This document shows, piece after piece, positions 12,278 to 24,062 of a stretch of 64,000 nt of DNA. Both the position numbers and the translations under genes were made by a program. The notes below the pieces were generated by a model that was not told the DNA's origin, made no database searches, and saw nothing but the letters and a program-made list of their open reading frames with translations. The stretch spans positions 4,290,040 to 4,354,039 of the forward strand of contig SMSO01000035.1 in assembly GCA_004764695.1 (NCBI GenBank), in the 5' to 3' direction. Each line of letters opens with the position of its first letter. Positions within the stretch are counted from its first letter, which is position 1. This DNA is from Schizochytrium sp. TIO01. Lineage: Eukaryota; Protista; Bigyra: Labyrinthulomycetes.

Positions 12278-12888
12278 ACATAAGTTATCATGCACCTTTT
12301 TTGTTTTTCTTCGTCAATTCTCAAGTGTACATTTCTTTTTTTAAATGATCTACTACTAATATTATCATGCCAGATGGGACTTTCTCTACCCTCATCTTTG
12401 GCTTCACCTTTGGATATACTTGACGTTCTCGTGTCTTTGGGAGCCGTGCTTCAACACGAGAACGAGTCTATTCAGCAGGGTCATGAGGGGCATTTCATAA
12501 TGGATGCACATCAAGTGTACGATATCATGGCACGCTAATACTTATTTTGCGTTGGCATTGCCGAACGAAAGGGGGGGCAACCCAAGTAGCGTTGGAATAG
12601 TGACGTTGCCTCTGCAAGGGGGTCAACTATGCGTCCGTACTCCTCACTCCTCCAAGAAGAAAATAAAGCCAAAAGGTGCTCTCCTATGGCATCCGTGTTT
12701 GTAATAATATATTGAAATCAAGCTCAGATGCACATAGGGCGTACTAGCTCTCATGAGTTGGCCCTTGGCTTCGCGCATAGGATTTCAGCTGACATCAATT
12801 GCCATGTTTTGCTACCAGTCCAGTAGATTAAATAAGCTGCAGATGGTTAACAGGTGCACGGGTAGAAATTCGAAAAATGGGTCCTGCC

Positions 12889-14040
12889 TCAAAAGTATAG
12901 ATCCTCCTCATTCTCTGGGACAGGCCCTAGCCCACCACTAGACATGCGAATGTAGTTGCTTGGGTACCCGGCAGCTGCAGGGCCGCCGCTATTATATAAA
13001 TTACCACCACCCCTGCCAGAGGCTCCAGCACCACCAAGTCCACTCATTCCTGCAGACATACTTGACCTTTTAAGTCTGCCAAGGTACTCATCTCGGGCAG
13101 CGCCTGGTGCATCGTGCAGGTCCACACGGCGCTGGACAAAAGTGCGAATAGTTTCGAGCTCAGCCTCGTTGAGATTGTGTTCAATCATTGTAGACATGCG
13201 TGGGTTATAGTTCGGTCTTGCAGCAAGCATGCCCAGACCACCCAGAAATACCATTCCAAGGAAGCGTACAAAGTCCACCTGGAAAAGCCTTGACGCAGCA
13301 TATAGCCCAAAGCCAATGCTGGAGAACATGACAAAACTGTGTCCCCACGCACCAAGTTGAGACTCCAAGGCTTGCTGTCGAGGTGAGTAGTCGTCGCCAT
13401 CGTCCACATCAAAAGCACTCTTACGCGGTCGAACTCTTGGTGCCCCAAGCCCTGGTGCTGAGGGCCCCGATGCCGACGCAGTAGTGCCCTCCGGTCTAAA
13501 GTAATCTTCCCCATCTGAGGACTCATCTCCGTCCAGCGAGTATGTGGTTCCTGGGGGAGTAGGTGTCTCAGATTCGCCGATAATCTCGACGCTTTGATCT
13601 TCATCATCATCCTCGAGTCTGTTTCTGTTTAGAATTTCGCGATCCATATCGGAATTCGAGTCAAGACCCCCATCAAGACCTTGACCCAAACCTTGGTTTT
13701 GGGCTTGGCCTTGTTGTTGCTGTTGCCTCCTCCTTAAAGAAGGTGCAAGCTCGGCATCAAGACTGCCTCTGCTGAAATCTCGCTCGAAAACTCTTTCAAA
13801 TCCTCCTATTTCATCTTCGTCCTCATCGTCTTCGTCATCATCTTCGTCCTCGTTGTCGTCGTGAAGATCGTCGTGATGCCCTTGAATGCCGACATCGTCC
13901 TCGTCTTGGGAATCAAGGTCTTCGCCGTTCGCTGGGAGGTTATCCAGGCCACCGCGGCCGTCATCACCATCAGTATCCTCGTCGCTTGATCCCTGCAACG
14001 ACGCTCGGGGCGCTCCCAGCGCCCGCTCCGGAGAGCTCAT
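12889..14040 (-). CDS. Uncharacterised acidic (D/E-rich) protein with two adjacent hydrophobic segments
   Basis: 383-aa ATG ORF with poly-D/E tracts and hydrophobic stretches SFVMFSSIGFGLYAASRLF and FLGMVFLGGLGMLAA. Confidence 0.75.
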   Translation of the reverse strand: MSSPERALGAPRASLQGSSDEDTDGDDGRGGLDNLPANGEDLDSQDEDDVGIQGHHDDLHDDNEDEDDDEDDEDEDEIGGFERVFERDFSRGSLDAELAPSLRRRQQQQQGQAQNQGLGQGLDGGLDSNSDMDREILNRNRLEDDDEDQSVEIIGESETPTPPGTTYSLDGDESSDGEDYFRPEGTTASASGPSAPGLGAPRVRPRKSAFDVDDGDDYSPRQQALESQLGAWGHSFVMFSSIGFGLYAASRLFQVDFVRFLGMVFLGGLGMLAARPNYNPRMSTMIEHNLNEAELETIRTFVQRRVDLHDAPGAARDEYLGRLKRSSMSAGMSGLGGAGASGRGGGNLYNSGGPAAAGYPSNYIRMSSGGLGPVPENEEDLYF

Positions 14041-14858
14041 CGGGAGGGTGATTTGGCTTTGAGAAACGAAGACACCCTTCCGAGCGAACTAAATCCCCAC
14101 GACCCCTCACTAGAATATTTTGCCTTTGAAAATGAACTATAAGTTTTAAAGCTATTATAAACTCCTCTCACAAAGTAGAGAATCAATGCCGAAAGTGGGT
14201 TATAGTCAGCGCCTCGGGTGACGCTCAGAGCTTTGCGCCTGGAGCTATGGACTCAGAAGCATCGTGACAGAATGAATATGAATGATAGTTATCATATTTA
14301 CCTTCGCCACGGTCGATAGGTATTGTCGAGAATGATGAAATGTATTGGGCTGATCAAGGCAATAAATTAAATTGCTAAAGCAAATCAGATTGAGGAAAAT
14401 CTCGATCGTAAATTGAATATAGTGAGCAAAATAAATAATTGGCATTACTTAAGGGCACAAAGCTGGAGAGGCTTACACCAAGGGGAAGTCTTAAACGGAA
14501 ACAAAGATAGAGAAGAGAAGAGGAAAATTGTAGATTGGTAACACAAGTAAACAAGGATATGGAAAGCTTTTGCGAAGGGTTTGCGAGCAAGCGACCTGAA
14601 TATGATTGCAGCAGCAAAGCAAATTATACTACTTTGCTATTGTACGAGATTATGCAATACTGCCAAACCAGTAAGCTAGCAAGCAGAGCTGAAGTTTGAC
14701 TCGATTTATGTAGTAGCTCTCGCCACATTGCGAGAATTTCGAATCAGTTATATTGCTCTAACTGGCGGATGATAAAAAAGTAACGGAGGGAAGTACGCAA
14801 GCTATCCGCCTGCGAACTTGAAGAGTGGACTCAAGGTGCCTGATATGGGCCCTAAATA

Positions 14859-15968
14859 TCAGCGGTGCGATTTACCAAAGTTTGAAAAAAAGTCATCCGT
14901 GAAGCCAGACACAGTCTTGTACTCACGACGCTCAGCTGCCTCACGTGCACGCCTCTCCTCAAGCTGTTGAAGTTGGTATTTCATCGTCTCACGTGCAACT
15001 TCCTTTCGGCGCTCCTGCTCGGCACAAGAGACATGGTTAGCCATTTGCTGGAGGGCTCTTTGTTCGCGAGCATATGCACGCTCATCCTGCGCATCTTGCT
15101 CTCGCCGCAGCTGGCGATCCTGGAGCTGAGCCTCTTGCTCCGCGCGAATAGCATCAAGGTGCGGACCTCGCAGCCCGTTAAAATGATCTGGACGAAATCT
15201 GTGAGGAGCAAGCTGACTGCGATAACCTTCTTCTTGGTTATGCCGTGTTTGCTCAAGCTGCTCAAGTTCCCTTTTCTCACGCTCCTGGCTAAGCGTACGA
15301 TCGAAGCTCTCCCGTTCCGCACGAGACTTTGCCTGTAGGAGATTGTACTCTTTCATCTCACGCAAGCGCTTTTGCTGTGCAGCTCGGGCTGCTTGTGCCA
15401 TCTCCTCAGCTTGAGCGCAGTAGCGGCGCATCATCTCATTATCAGCATCATCAAGCGCCTTTTCTTCCTGGCGATGACGTTCGCGATCTTCACTCTGCTC
15501 CTGGGCCCAAATTCTCATCTGGCGATGCTGGAGATCTCGGCGGTCGCGGCGACCGAGATCATCCCCGTCGAAACGCTGTGCTGAGGAAGGCCCGATGTGG
15601 GTTTCGATACGATGGTATTCTCGAAGTTCTGCAGCTTTCTTTTCGCTCTTTCGCGCAGCCTCCTTTTGCCACAAGGCAAGCGTCTCGCGCTTGTCTTGGC
15701 GATCTAATTCCTCCCGGTGGAGTTCTTCCTCCTTCAACGCATCGTGCACATTTTGCAGATACGCAGCATACGCCGCTTCATCGTCTCGCTCACGTTGCCG
15801 CTGCTCCTCTTTCTCGCGAATTTGTCGAGCGAGCGCGGTCTCATCACGTCCATTGATGCGAACCTTGGGATTCAGAAGGCGCTCGCGGAGCTCGTCGTGC
15901 CGACGGCGAGTTGCTTCAATTCGCTCATCAGCACGTGAGTCCCACTCAGCTCCCAAACGACGGTCCAT
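14859..15968 (-). CDS. RIB43A: RIB43A-like coiled-coil axonemal microtubule inner protein
   Basis: Family-like motifs RLLNPKVRINGRDETALARQIREK, GPSSAQRFDGDDL, QMRIWAQEQ, RPDHFNGL and C-terminal FFSNFGKSHR. The ATG is at 15968; the track start at 16043 is non-ATG. Confidence 0.88.
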   Translation of the reverse strand: MDRRLGAEWDSRADERIEATRRRHDELRERLLNPKVRINGRDETALARQIREKEEQRQRERDDEAAYAAYLQNVHDALKEEELHREELDRQDKRETLALWQKEAARKSEKKAAELREYHRIETHIGPSSAQRFDGDDLGRRDRRDLQHRQMRIWAQEQSEDRERHRQEEKALDDADNEMMRRYCAQAEEMAQAARAAQQKRLREMKEYNLLQAKSRAERESFDRTLSQEREKRELEQLEQTRHNQEEGYRSQLAPHRFRPDHFNGLRGPHLDAIRAEQEAQLQDRQLRREQDAQDERAYAREQRALQQMANHVSCAEQERRKEVARETMKYQLQQLEERRAREAAERREYKTVSGFTDDFFSNFGKSHR

Positions 15969-16947
15969 GGTGATCGCTGAGTCAACCGCTAAGTGCCGCA
16001 CCCAACCTCTATGCCCGAATCCTATGATCCACGATCCTCGCAAATGGTCTTGCTTGCGGCGTGAGTTTCTTCAAAGCAAGCTAGTTCCCCGAAAGAACAA
16101 CCTTGTCGCTCATGTGCTTGCCATGTGTGTATCGACAGGCGGATCTCGCTCCCTACCCTATCCACGCTAGCATACATTTGCACATATACGTATGAAAGAC
16201 CTACATGGGACTTTAACCTCAACGGACAAATATGGTACACACTACTAATTCATGGCGATTTATTTGTGATTCAAAACGAAGATTCTACGGGTAAGCTTGA
16301 GACGATGGAGAGCGGTAAGAAAGTCGAGAAATCTATCTGAGGTGAGTGTATCTACTGTCTGTCTTGGAAGGCTTTCGCGTGAACCTAGTTGTTGAGCTGT
16401 TCAGAGTGCTTCCTTTCTTGTAATGGAAAAAATTAAAAAATTAAGAGAATCGCTCCCACTAATGTAAATCATCGAGTTTTCTAAATCATATTTATTGTGG
16501 GTATATAGACCACTATAAAACATTCTGAGTAGTAGCTTTCGTAGCCGCATGGGTTTAGGAAGTACATATATAGAAATAGAATAGAAAGGGAAAGGGGAGT
16601 TTTTTTGGAGGTGTGCACAACGGCGGCATAACTAAGCTCGTCAGGATTAGGGGGGTTATAAAGGTAAAGCATTCGTGGAAAGCTGTGCCCGCGAGCTTGT
16701 GCAAATAAGCCAGCAGGGTGCTGGCTGCGGGCAACGGGGCGCACGGCGTCGCCCCTAGAGCATATTGTACAGTGGTTTTAAGAACTGACCAACCGACTTT
16801 GCGGAGGGGTGAGTAAAGGTTGGTGTTATTTTCTCAACCACTGTAGCAAGCGTCAACGTCAATTGCACTCTGAATAGATATAGGCTTACCATACGAGAAA
16901 ACCGGCACATATAAGTGCATCTAAAGGTGTCTTTGGAAGCCAGCACC

Positions 16948-19900
16948 ATGGCAGACGTCAATTTGCATTTGAAACTGTGTAAGAAGGTTGCACAGCTCAC
17001 TAAAGTTATTCACCATCTCAACACCAAAAATGAGGACTATGAAGCAACTGTAAAGGCGCTTACTGAGCAGCATGATGCGGAGCTGCAGGATGTCTTAGAG
17101 GACGCAGCAGGCAAGATCCGACAACTTAAAGATGCACTCGCAATTAAGTCTCAAGGTGGAATATCCCAAGAACAGCTCAGACGTGTTGAGTCAAAATACG
17201 AGGAGGAGCGTCAAAAAGCAATGCGTGAATTTGCAGCATATCAAAACAAAGTATCGATAAAGGAGGAGCACCTTCGGGCCGAATTTAAATCAAGGGTAAA
17301 GTCAATGCAACGCGAGCTCGATGAAGCCAAGGATAACTTCAGAAAACGGGTTGATCAATGGGATGCCCAAGCTTCAGATTTAGTCAATAAAGCGGATAAA
17401 AATGATAAGTCTGTAACCAAACTCAAAAAGGATCACGAAAAAGAACTCAAGAAATTGAAGAGTACCCATGATGAAGAACTACAGGCTCAACAAGAGCTAA
17501 TTACAACTTTGCAGGACAAGCTCGAACTGCTCGAGAAGTCTCATGCGAAACGCGATATTGATTATAAGGCACGTCTTGCTAAACTCCAGGAGGAAGCTCA
17601 ACAACGGGAACATGAGCTTTTGCAGGAGAAAGAAAAGGTTTTGGCGGGGGTTCGTTCAGAGGTTGAAAGTAGCGAGTCTACTATGCTTGAGAGAATTGCC
17701 TACCTTTCGGCAAGTCTTGAGTCGGAAAAGAAAGCAACAGCGACCGCTGTTCAAGAATTAGAAAGGAGATCACAAGAGCTTGACTGTTTTCAAAGCGAAC
17801 ATGCTAAGGAAACTCAAGCATTACGTTCCTCTCTTGACCAAGCTTACGCTCAATCTAAAGGGTTTGAAATTGAGCTACTAAGAACTACCACGGAATTATC
17901 TAGTGCAACCGAAGCTACGGAGGTTGCTGAGGCACGTCTTCGAGACTTGGAGACGTCTATTGAGCGAGAACGAACAAGTCGACAAAAGGTGGAATCATCT
18001 GCAGAAAATGCAAACGATCAAATTCTTTCGTTAGAAAGAAAGCTTAAAGAGCAGGCAAAACTTGGAAGCCAGCATGTCCGTGAACTTCAGGAAAAGCTTG
18101 TGAGCAAAGAAAAGGAAATCAAACGACTTGATGGTGAACTTAGAGAGGCGAGATCTCAAGTTTCTTCACTTGGTGCATCCTTAGCTGATGAGAAAGATCG
18201 AGCAACGACGCTACAAGTACAGGTTACAACTTTATCTGCAGGCAAAATAGAAAATATGCAAAAGCTTGCAAATCAACAAAAGGAAATTCACGAACTACAA
18301 TCCAACATTAATAATGCAAAGATTGAAGCCGATGCACTCAGGGAAGCATTATCCACTGCCAAAACTAGGAATGAAGAGTCTCAGAGAGCACATATCGCAG
18401 AACGCAATGCTCTACAAGAGGCGCATGCAATTGCATCTGAGCAAGCTGCTCGGGAAATGCGCAATTTACAAAACAATCATAGGGATGCACTGAACAAACT
18501 GCGCCAGGAGATTGAAACTGAAAGCAATAACCTTCATGAAAGGGCACAATTACAGCAAGCATCTCTTGTAACCAAGCTTGAAGAGGCAAAACAAGCAGAG
18601 CTAAAAGCACTTGAAGCTACTTTATTGGAGAAGTTACGAGATCAAGCAGTTGCTCGCAGCCAAGCCGAGTCAGAAGTTGTTTCGACAAGAGCTGACTTAG
18701 AGGCGACTCAACAGGACTTGGAAGCGGTAAGAGAAGCTAAAGGACATGTAGAGATCCAACTGGCAGAGGCAACAACTCAAGTCAACTCTTTACAAGAAAG
18801 GCTTCATATTGCATCTGGGGATCTTGCTGGAACGAAAACTTTCATGTCAAAGATGATGCAAGAACATGAAGAATCTATTGTAAAGCTTAACGAGGCAAAC
18901 GAAGCAAAATTGTCTGTAGCACTCGCTGAAGAAAGGAAGCGTGCTCAGGAGATAATTAGTCTCACACGGGCAGAATTACAAGCTTCAGCTGCAGCTACAG
19001 CCGCAGATCTTAAGAAAGAGCTGTTGGATTATCAGACTCAAGCAAATGCGCGCACTGTTGCAATAGAACGTCTCGAGAAGGAGAAAAGTGACGTTCAATT
19101 GCAGTATGAAGCTCGTATGGGAGCGTTGAAACAGAAACACCAGAAGGTACTTGAGGATTTGAGGCGCGAAAACAAGGAAAACATTTTGAAAGAGCAAACG
19201 AGCTGGCAAGCTAAACTTGAAGAAACAAGGCGAACTCTCGCTGCTGAGAAGGAGGGTGCTATTCGCAAGCTTGAAACAAGGTATACCGAAAAGGAACGAA
19301 TTATCCGCAAAGACCACGAACAGTCTCGTGAAATGGCTCTTGAAGGCTTACGCGTGGCACTCCAGCAAGAAGCAAGTAGTGCTAAAGCTCAAATTGAAGC
19401 TTCGCATCGCGAATCAATAGAATCGTTGCGACGGGATCTGGGTAAGCAACGTGCTACTTCCGAGCAACAGCTTCAGGACAAACACACGGCAATTGAAAGT
19501 GAATTACGTAAGCAAGTTGCACTCGCTCAGACTGAGCGAGATAGTCTAAATAGTCAAGTAAAACGTCTTGCAACTGAAATCGAGCAGCTCCAAATTACCT
19601 TTGATGATAAGGTAGCCTCAATGGAGCAAGATCGCTCACGAGAACAGAAACGACATGAGGTACATTTAGAAAATCTACGTCGCGCTCATGAGGACCAGGT
19701 GCGATCATTAACCGAGACGAACGCGCGAGACGCACAAGCTCAAAGAGAAGACCGTGAACACCTTCGTAAGCAACTTGAAAATGAGATTTCACAGTTACAA
19801 AAGACAATTCAGTACTGGGAGCACAGATACGAGCATCGCGAGCCGCGTGCAGAAGATCTGAAACACATAGCAAAGCTTAATAAGAAATTAGAGCAAGCTG

Positions 19901-20427
19901 AAGTAAAAGTGCGCCACGCCGTGGAGGAGATGCAGTTTTATAAGCTAGAACTTCGAAACCGTGAAGACTCTTACAACAAGGTATTTAACAGGAATGTAAA
20001 TGTAGGTGTTATGCAAGTTCTTAAGCCAAGCTCAACATTGACCGGCTCAAATACACAACAGCCTACTTTTGGGACTTTTGCAGAGGATGACGACAATAGC
20101 TCTATTCGCAGCAAGAAAAAGGACAAGAAAAAGAAGAAAGATAAGGACCGAAGCAAGAAAAGCAAGCACAAACATCGTTCGCACGCTGATGGAGATAGTG
20201 TAGGATTCCCACCCCTTGATAACCACAGTGTCGCGAGTAACCAGCGGCCACCGTCATCAAGCCGACGTCGCAACGTTGGCCCTGAGGAACCGGTCTACGA
20301 GCAAGAGGTGGATGAAGACAACCAAATTCGAGCTCGAGACATGGCAGACCGTGACGCGGCCCAATTAGTAAATCGAAAACGTGTCCCAATCCATCCACAG
20401 ACTCACCGCCGTATTGTGAATATGTAA
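16948..20427 (+). CDS. FAM184A/B-like long coiled-coil protein
   Basis: N-terminal LHLKLCKKVAQLTKVIHHLNTKNEDYE and C-terminal YEHREPRAEDL...FYKLELRNREDSYNKVF are typical of FAM184, with coiled coil in between. ATG at 16948. Confidence 0.85.
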   Translation: MADVNLHLKLCKKVAQLTKVIHHLNTKNEDYEATVKALTEQHDAELQDVLEDAAGKIRQLKDALAIKSQGGISQEQLRRVESKYEEERQKAMREFAAYQNKVSIKEEHLRAEFKSRVKSMQRELDEAKDNFRKRVDQWDAQASDLVNKADKNDKSVTKLKKDHEKELKKLKSTHDEELQAQQELITTLQDKLELLEKSHAKRDIDYKARLAKLQEEAQQREHELLQEKEKVLAGVRSEVESSESTMLERIAYLSASLESEKKATATAVQELERRSQELDCFQSEHAKETQALRSSLDQAYAQSKGFEIELLRTTTELSSATEATEVAEARLRDLETSIERERTSRQKVESSAENANDQILSLERKLKEQAKLGSQHVRELQEKLVSKEKEIKRLDGELREARSQVSSLGASLADEKDRATTLQVQVTTLSAGKIENMQKLANQQKEIHELQSNINNAKIEADALREALSTAKTRNEESQRAHIAERNALQEAHAIASEQAAREMRNLQNNHRDALNKLRQEIETESNNLHERAQLQQASLVTKLEEAKQAELKALEATLLEKLRDQAVARSQAESEVVSTRADLEATQQDLEAVREAKGHVEIQLAEATTQVNSLQERLHIASGDLAGTKTFMSKMMQEHEESIVKLNEANEAKLSVALAEERKRAQEIISLTRAELQASAAATAADLKKELLDYQTQANARTVAIERLEKEKSDVQLQYEARMGALKQKHQKVLEDLRRENKENILKEQTSWQAKLEETRRTLAAEKEGAIRKLETRYTEKERIIRKDHEQSREMALEGLRVALQQEASSAKAQIEASHRESIESLRRDLGKQRATSEQQLQDKHTAIESELRKQVALAQTERDSLNSQVKRLATEIEQLQITFDDKVASMEQDRSREQKRHEVHLENLRRAHEDQVRSLTETNARDAQAQREDREHLRKQLENEISQLQKTIQYWEHRYEHREPRAEDLKHIAKLNKKLEQAEVKVRHAVEEMQFYKLELRNREDSYNKVFNRNVNVGVMQVLKPSSTLTGSNTQQPTFGTFAEDDDNSSIRSKKKDKKKKKDKDRSKKSKHKHRSHADGDSVGFPPLDNHSVASNQRPPSSSRRRNVGPEEPVYEQEVDEDNQIRARDMADRDAAQLVNRKRVPIHPQTHRRIVNM

Positions 20428-20913
20428 TCAAAGATCAATTTGATTTGGTTTAGCTCTTAAAATATGATATAAGCACCAAAATTTTGATCGTCCAATCACA
20501 CCAGAATTAGAGCCTATATTCCTTTGATAATCTTCTCCTTTTTTCATAAGCTCTGATACTAAAACGTTCTCTTTTTTCTAATGATATCTCTTTATCATTC
20601 ATTCCATTTTTACAAACAAATGCTGGTCGTGCAGTCATGGGGTTGCATCAGTTCTCTACTGAATTGTAATTACACCACTCGCAGCCATAGCTAACAGATC
20701 TTGCATGATTAAAATGGGTCTTCTGAGTAAGTATGGACATAAGAAAGAGACCAAATTTACCGTACTTGTTATGAATTCTTCCAACGTAGGCCGGAAAAAA
20801 CATGTTTCATAAGGTTATTCTATCTTCCCGGATCACCTAAGAGTATTACTCAAGTGAAGTTGATGACTATTAAGCATTCGCATTAGCAGGCAAACCAATT
20901 AAGTGTTGCTCTA

Positions 20914-21873
20914 TCATTTAAGGTTTAAAGCATCTATGGAGAGGTCTCCTTGAAAAGTTTCTCGAAAAGCACAGTAGTTCCAGTCTTCGCAAACTTTTCC
21001 GTTCGGGACGTATATTGCGAATTGAACCTCTTGGAAGCATGTTTTGTATTTCTCAGTAAGAAGCTTATGGAATATCTCAGCAACTATGAAGGAATCGTTG
21101 CGAAAGACTCCACAACCAAATGCGCCAAGAACAAGAGCATCACAACCATTTTCACAGGCGATGGCGAGAACACGGTCAATACGATCATAAAGTATCTCGT
21201 TTAAGTAGGACTTGATCTCATTAATTGTGTTTTGAAGACGCATATGCTGATTGTTTGTCAGAGCCTTGTCGATGCGAACTCTAACCGATCCTGCGTTCGG
21301 TGCTGGCATCGTAATGAAGGAGCACTGAAATGGCTCGTTGAGTAGCTCTGCAGCAAAGTCATCCTGACGAATAACTGGTACACGAGGTGAAAACAGTGCA
21401 TTGCTTGTATAAAATCCCCTGTACATGCCTTCAAGGCCACGATTCACTTGGTAAATCATTCCAGGAATGTCTTCGAAACGAGCCAAACATGGGTATAAGC
21501 CAGAGGATCTGGCGATTACTTCCTCTTGTGCCAATGCGCCTCTCATAAACCCTCCGCCGGGTATTTGAGCAGATGCGAAGTTTAGAGCTGCTACATGTTC
21601 TACAAGAGAGTTGTTCACAAGGTCTTCTGCAGCAGCGAGAGTAGTGTCGCTCCGAAGTTTGTATACTGTCTGCAGGAACCGACCCTGAGTTCGTGGAGTC
21701 TCAGGAAACTCATGCTCAGCAGAGTAATGTACCGAGTTGATAACAGCAGCGTTCAGCTTTTCAGTGATATCTACGATTTCACCCAAGCTGTTCACGTATG
21801 AGCCTCTGTCAAGGATTGCAACGGTGTCGAGCGCAATCGCCTGGGCTCGTACGGTGTGGTCTATATGCGCCAT
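20914..21873 (-). CDS. TIGR02452/DUF2263 family microbial-type poly(ADP-ribose) glycohydrolase (macrodomain)
   Basis: LNFASAQIPGGGFMRGALAQEEVIARSSGLY (GGG-x7-QEE PARG signature), FSPRVPVIR, FITMPAPN, LVLGAFGCGVFRND, FQEVQFAI. First ATG at 21873. Confidence 0.9.
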   Translation of the reverse strand: MAHIDHTVRAQAIALDTVAILDRGSYVNSLGEIVDITEKLNAAVINSVHYSAEHEFPETPRTQGRFLQTVYKLRSDTTLAAAEDLVNNSLVEHVAALNFASAQIPGGGFMRGALAQEEVIARSSGLYPCLARFEDIPGMIYQVNRGLEGMYRGFYTSNALFSPRVPVIRQDDFAAELLNEPFQCSFITMPAPNAGSVRVRIDKALTNNQHMRLQNTINEIKSYLNEILYDRIDRVLAIACENGCDALVLGAFGCGVFRNDSFIVAEIFHKLLTEKYKTCFQEVQFAIYVPNGKVCEDWNYCAFRETFQGDLSIDALNLK

Positions 21874-22928
21874 CTTCTCAGTGCAAGGGTCAGAGACCAG
21901 ACGTTCTAAGCCTGAGTCCTCAGGCCAAACAGAGAAATACACTCACTCGAAGCGCTTCGCTTTGTCTTGTGAAGCAATTATTGACCATGAGTTGGTTCTT
22001 CGACAAAGAGTTTGAGCAGAGCAGAGAGCGCTCTCGACACCTGCCTTGGAAGTCTGAGACGAAGAATTTTATCTATTAGTATTTTAACTATACAAATATT
22101 TAGTAGTATGCAACAAAGTCTTGAATGCCTCCGAGTAAAACCTGTCTTTTTTTTGAAGGAGTGATATTGCGACCAAAGAAGGGTTGGCAACAAAGGAGGC
22201 TTAATAAAGATAAGAAAAGAGTGATGTCTAGCATGGGAAAGAGGTTTGAAACTTTGACCAACCATGGGACGAAATGTTGGGTCCTTCCACTGCTACTAAG
22301 TTTTGAGAGAAATTATGGTATTTCACATTCCGTATGCTTAGCCATTTAACTTGACTTGATAGTTACATATGAAGAATCTATGAAGTTTTCTCTTAAAAAT
22401 ACCATAGTATTGCATAAGTCCTAACTTAGGTCTGGGCTTATATCATAAATTGGTCACGGCTAGAGCAATTAATTATCTTGATACGCGAGTAACTTGCGAT
22501 TTTTCTCATTGAAGGACACTCATAGATATCACTGTCTACTGTGATTTTACATTATCAAATGAAGTTTACTTGTTTTCCCGCCTCAATAAAGCTCATATCA
22601 AACCAAATGAATGATACGTTAGATTGTGTATAACGACATAAGCAGTGAGCAAGCAAAACTATTTACATACGCAAAAGGAGCTAAAACTTAATTGACTACT
22701 GAGAAGCAATGTCAATAACAAGAAACTAAGATTTCTTAGGTTGCACAGTATCAAAATGTAAATGAAGACATCACTAATTCCAATAATATAAATCGACATT
22801 AGGAGCACGGAACCGAGCCTACAGATAGCACTACCATGCGTTTTATCCCTCCAAGTATATCTTCTGTTATTATATCATACCATATCATACTCTTCAGAAA
22901 CGTGCGCTTTATACTCACGTTCTCTGTG

Positions 22929-24062
22929 CTTCCATATCCATCATCAATTTTTTGTCTTTAGATGTCATTACCTCAAGCCGCGGCTCATCTGATCTGTAAC
23001 ACCTCTGTCTTGCCTATATACCTTGCGTTCAATATGATTTCGTTTGAAAAAATAAGACACATCCAAGTTTGCACACTGAGACCTCTGTACGCTCTCAAGA
23101 AAATCTCAACCAAAAAACAAAAAGCAATGAGTATCGAATTCAAGCTTGAGGTACAGCTTTCTTGGATTCCTAATCAAGTATCAATACTCCCAAATCCATC
23201 ATCGATTTTTTGTCTTTAGATGTCACTACCTCAAGCCACGGCTCATCTGACCTGTAACACCTCTGGCTTGCCTATATACCTTGCGTTCAATATGATTTCG
23301 TTTGAAAAAATAAGACACATCCAAGTTTGCACACTGAGACCTCTGTACGCTCTCAAGAAAATCTCAACCAAAAAACAAAAAGCAATGAGTATCGAATTCA
23401 AGCTTGAGGTACAGCTTTCTTGGATTCCTAATCAAGTGTCAACACTCCCAAATCCATCATCGATTTTTTGTCTTTAGATGTCATTACCTCAAGCCACGGC
23501 TCATCTGATCTGTAACACCTCTGTCTTGCCTATATACCTTGCGTTCAATATGATTTCGTTTGAAAAAATAAGACACATCCAAGTTTGCACACTGAGACCT
23601 CTGTACGCTCTCAAGAAAATCTCAACCAAAAAACAAAAAGCAACGAGTATCGAACTCAAGCTTGAGGTACAGCTTTCTTGGATTCCTCATCAAGTGTCAA
23701 CACTCCCAAATCCATCATCGATTTTTTGTCTTTAGATGTCATTACCTCAAGCCACGGCTCATCTGACCCGCAACACCTCTGTCTTGCCTATATACCTTGC
23801 GTTCAATATGATTTCGTTTGAAAAAATAAGACACATCCAAGTTTGCACACTGAGACCTCTGTACGCTCTCAAGAAAATCTCAACTAAAAAACAAAAAGCA
23901 ATGAGTATCGAATTCAAGCTTGAGGTACAGCTTTCTTGGATTCCTCATCAAGTGTCAAAACTCCCAAATCCATCATCGATTTTTTGTCTTTAGATGTCAT
24001 TACCTCAAGCCACGGCTCATCTGATCTGTAACACCTCTGTCTTGCCTATATACCTTGCGTTC
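22929..24062. repeat. 258-bp tandem repeat, ~4.4 near-identical copies
   Basis: The unit recurs at 22962, 23220, 23478, 23736 and 23994 (partial), with only a few substitutions per copy. Each full unit gives the same 85-aa ORF. Confidence 0.97.

Noticed and set aside
13490-13535. FFAT (VAP-binding) motif in DESSDGEDYFRPE
   Set aside because: The acidic flank fits, but the core has R and P where D/E and A/C/S are expected.
22962-23993. Four separate 85-aa protein-coding genes
   Set aside because: They are copies of one tandem repeat with mostly non-synonymous differences and no recognisable domain. Kept as a repeat and a finding, not as CDS.
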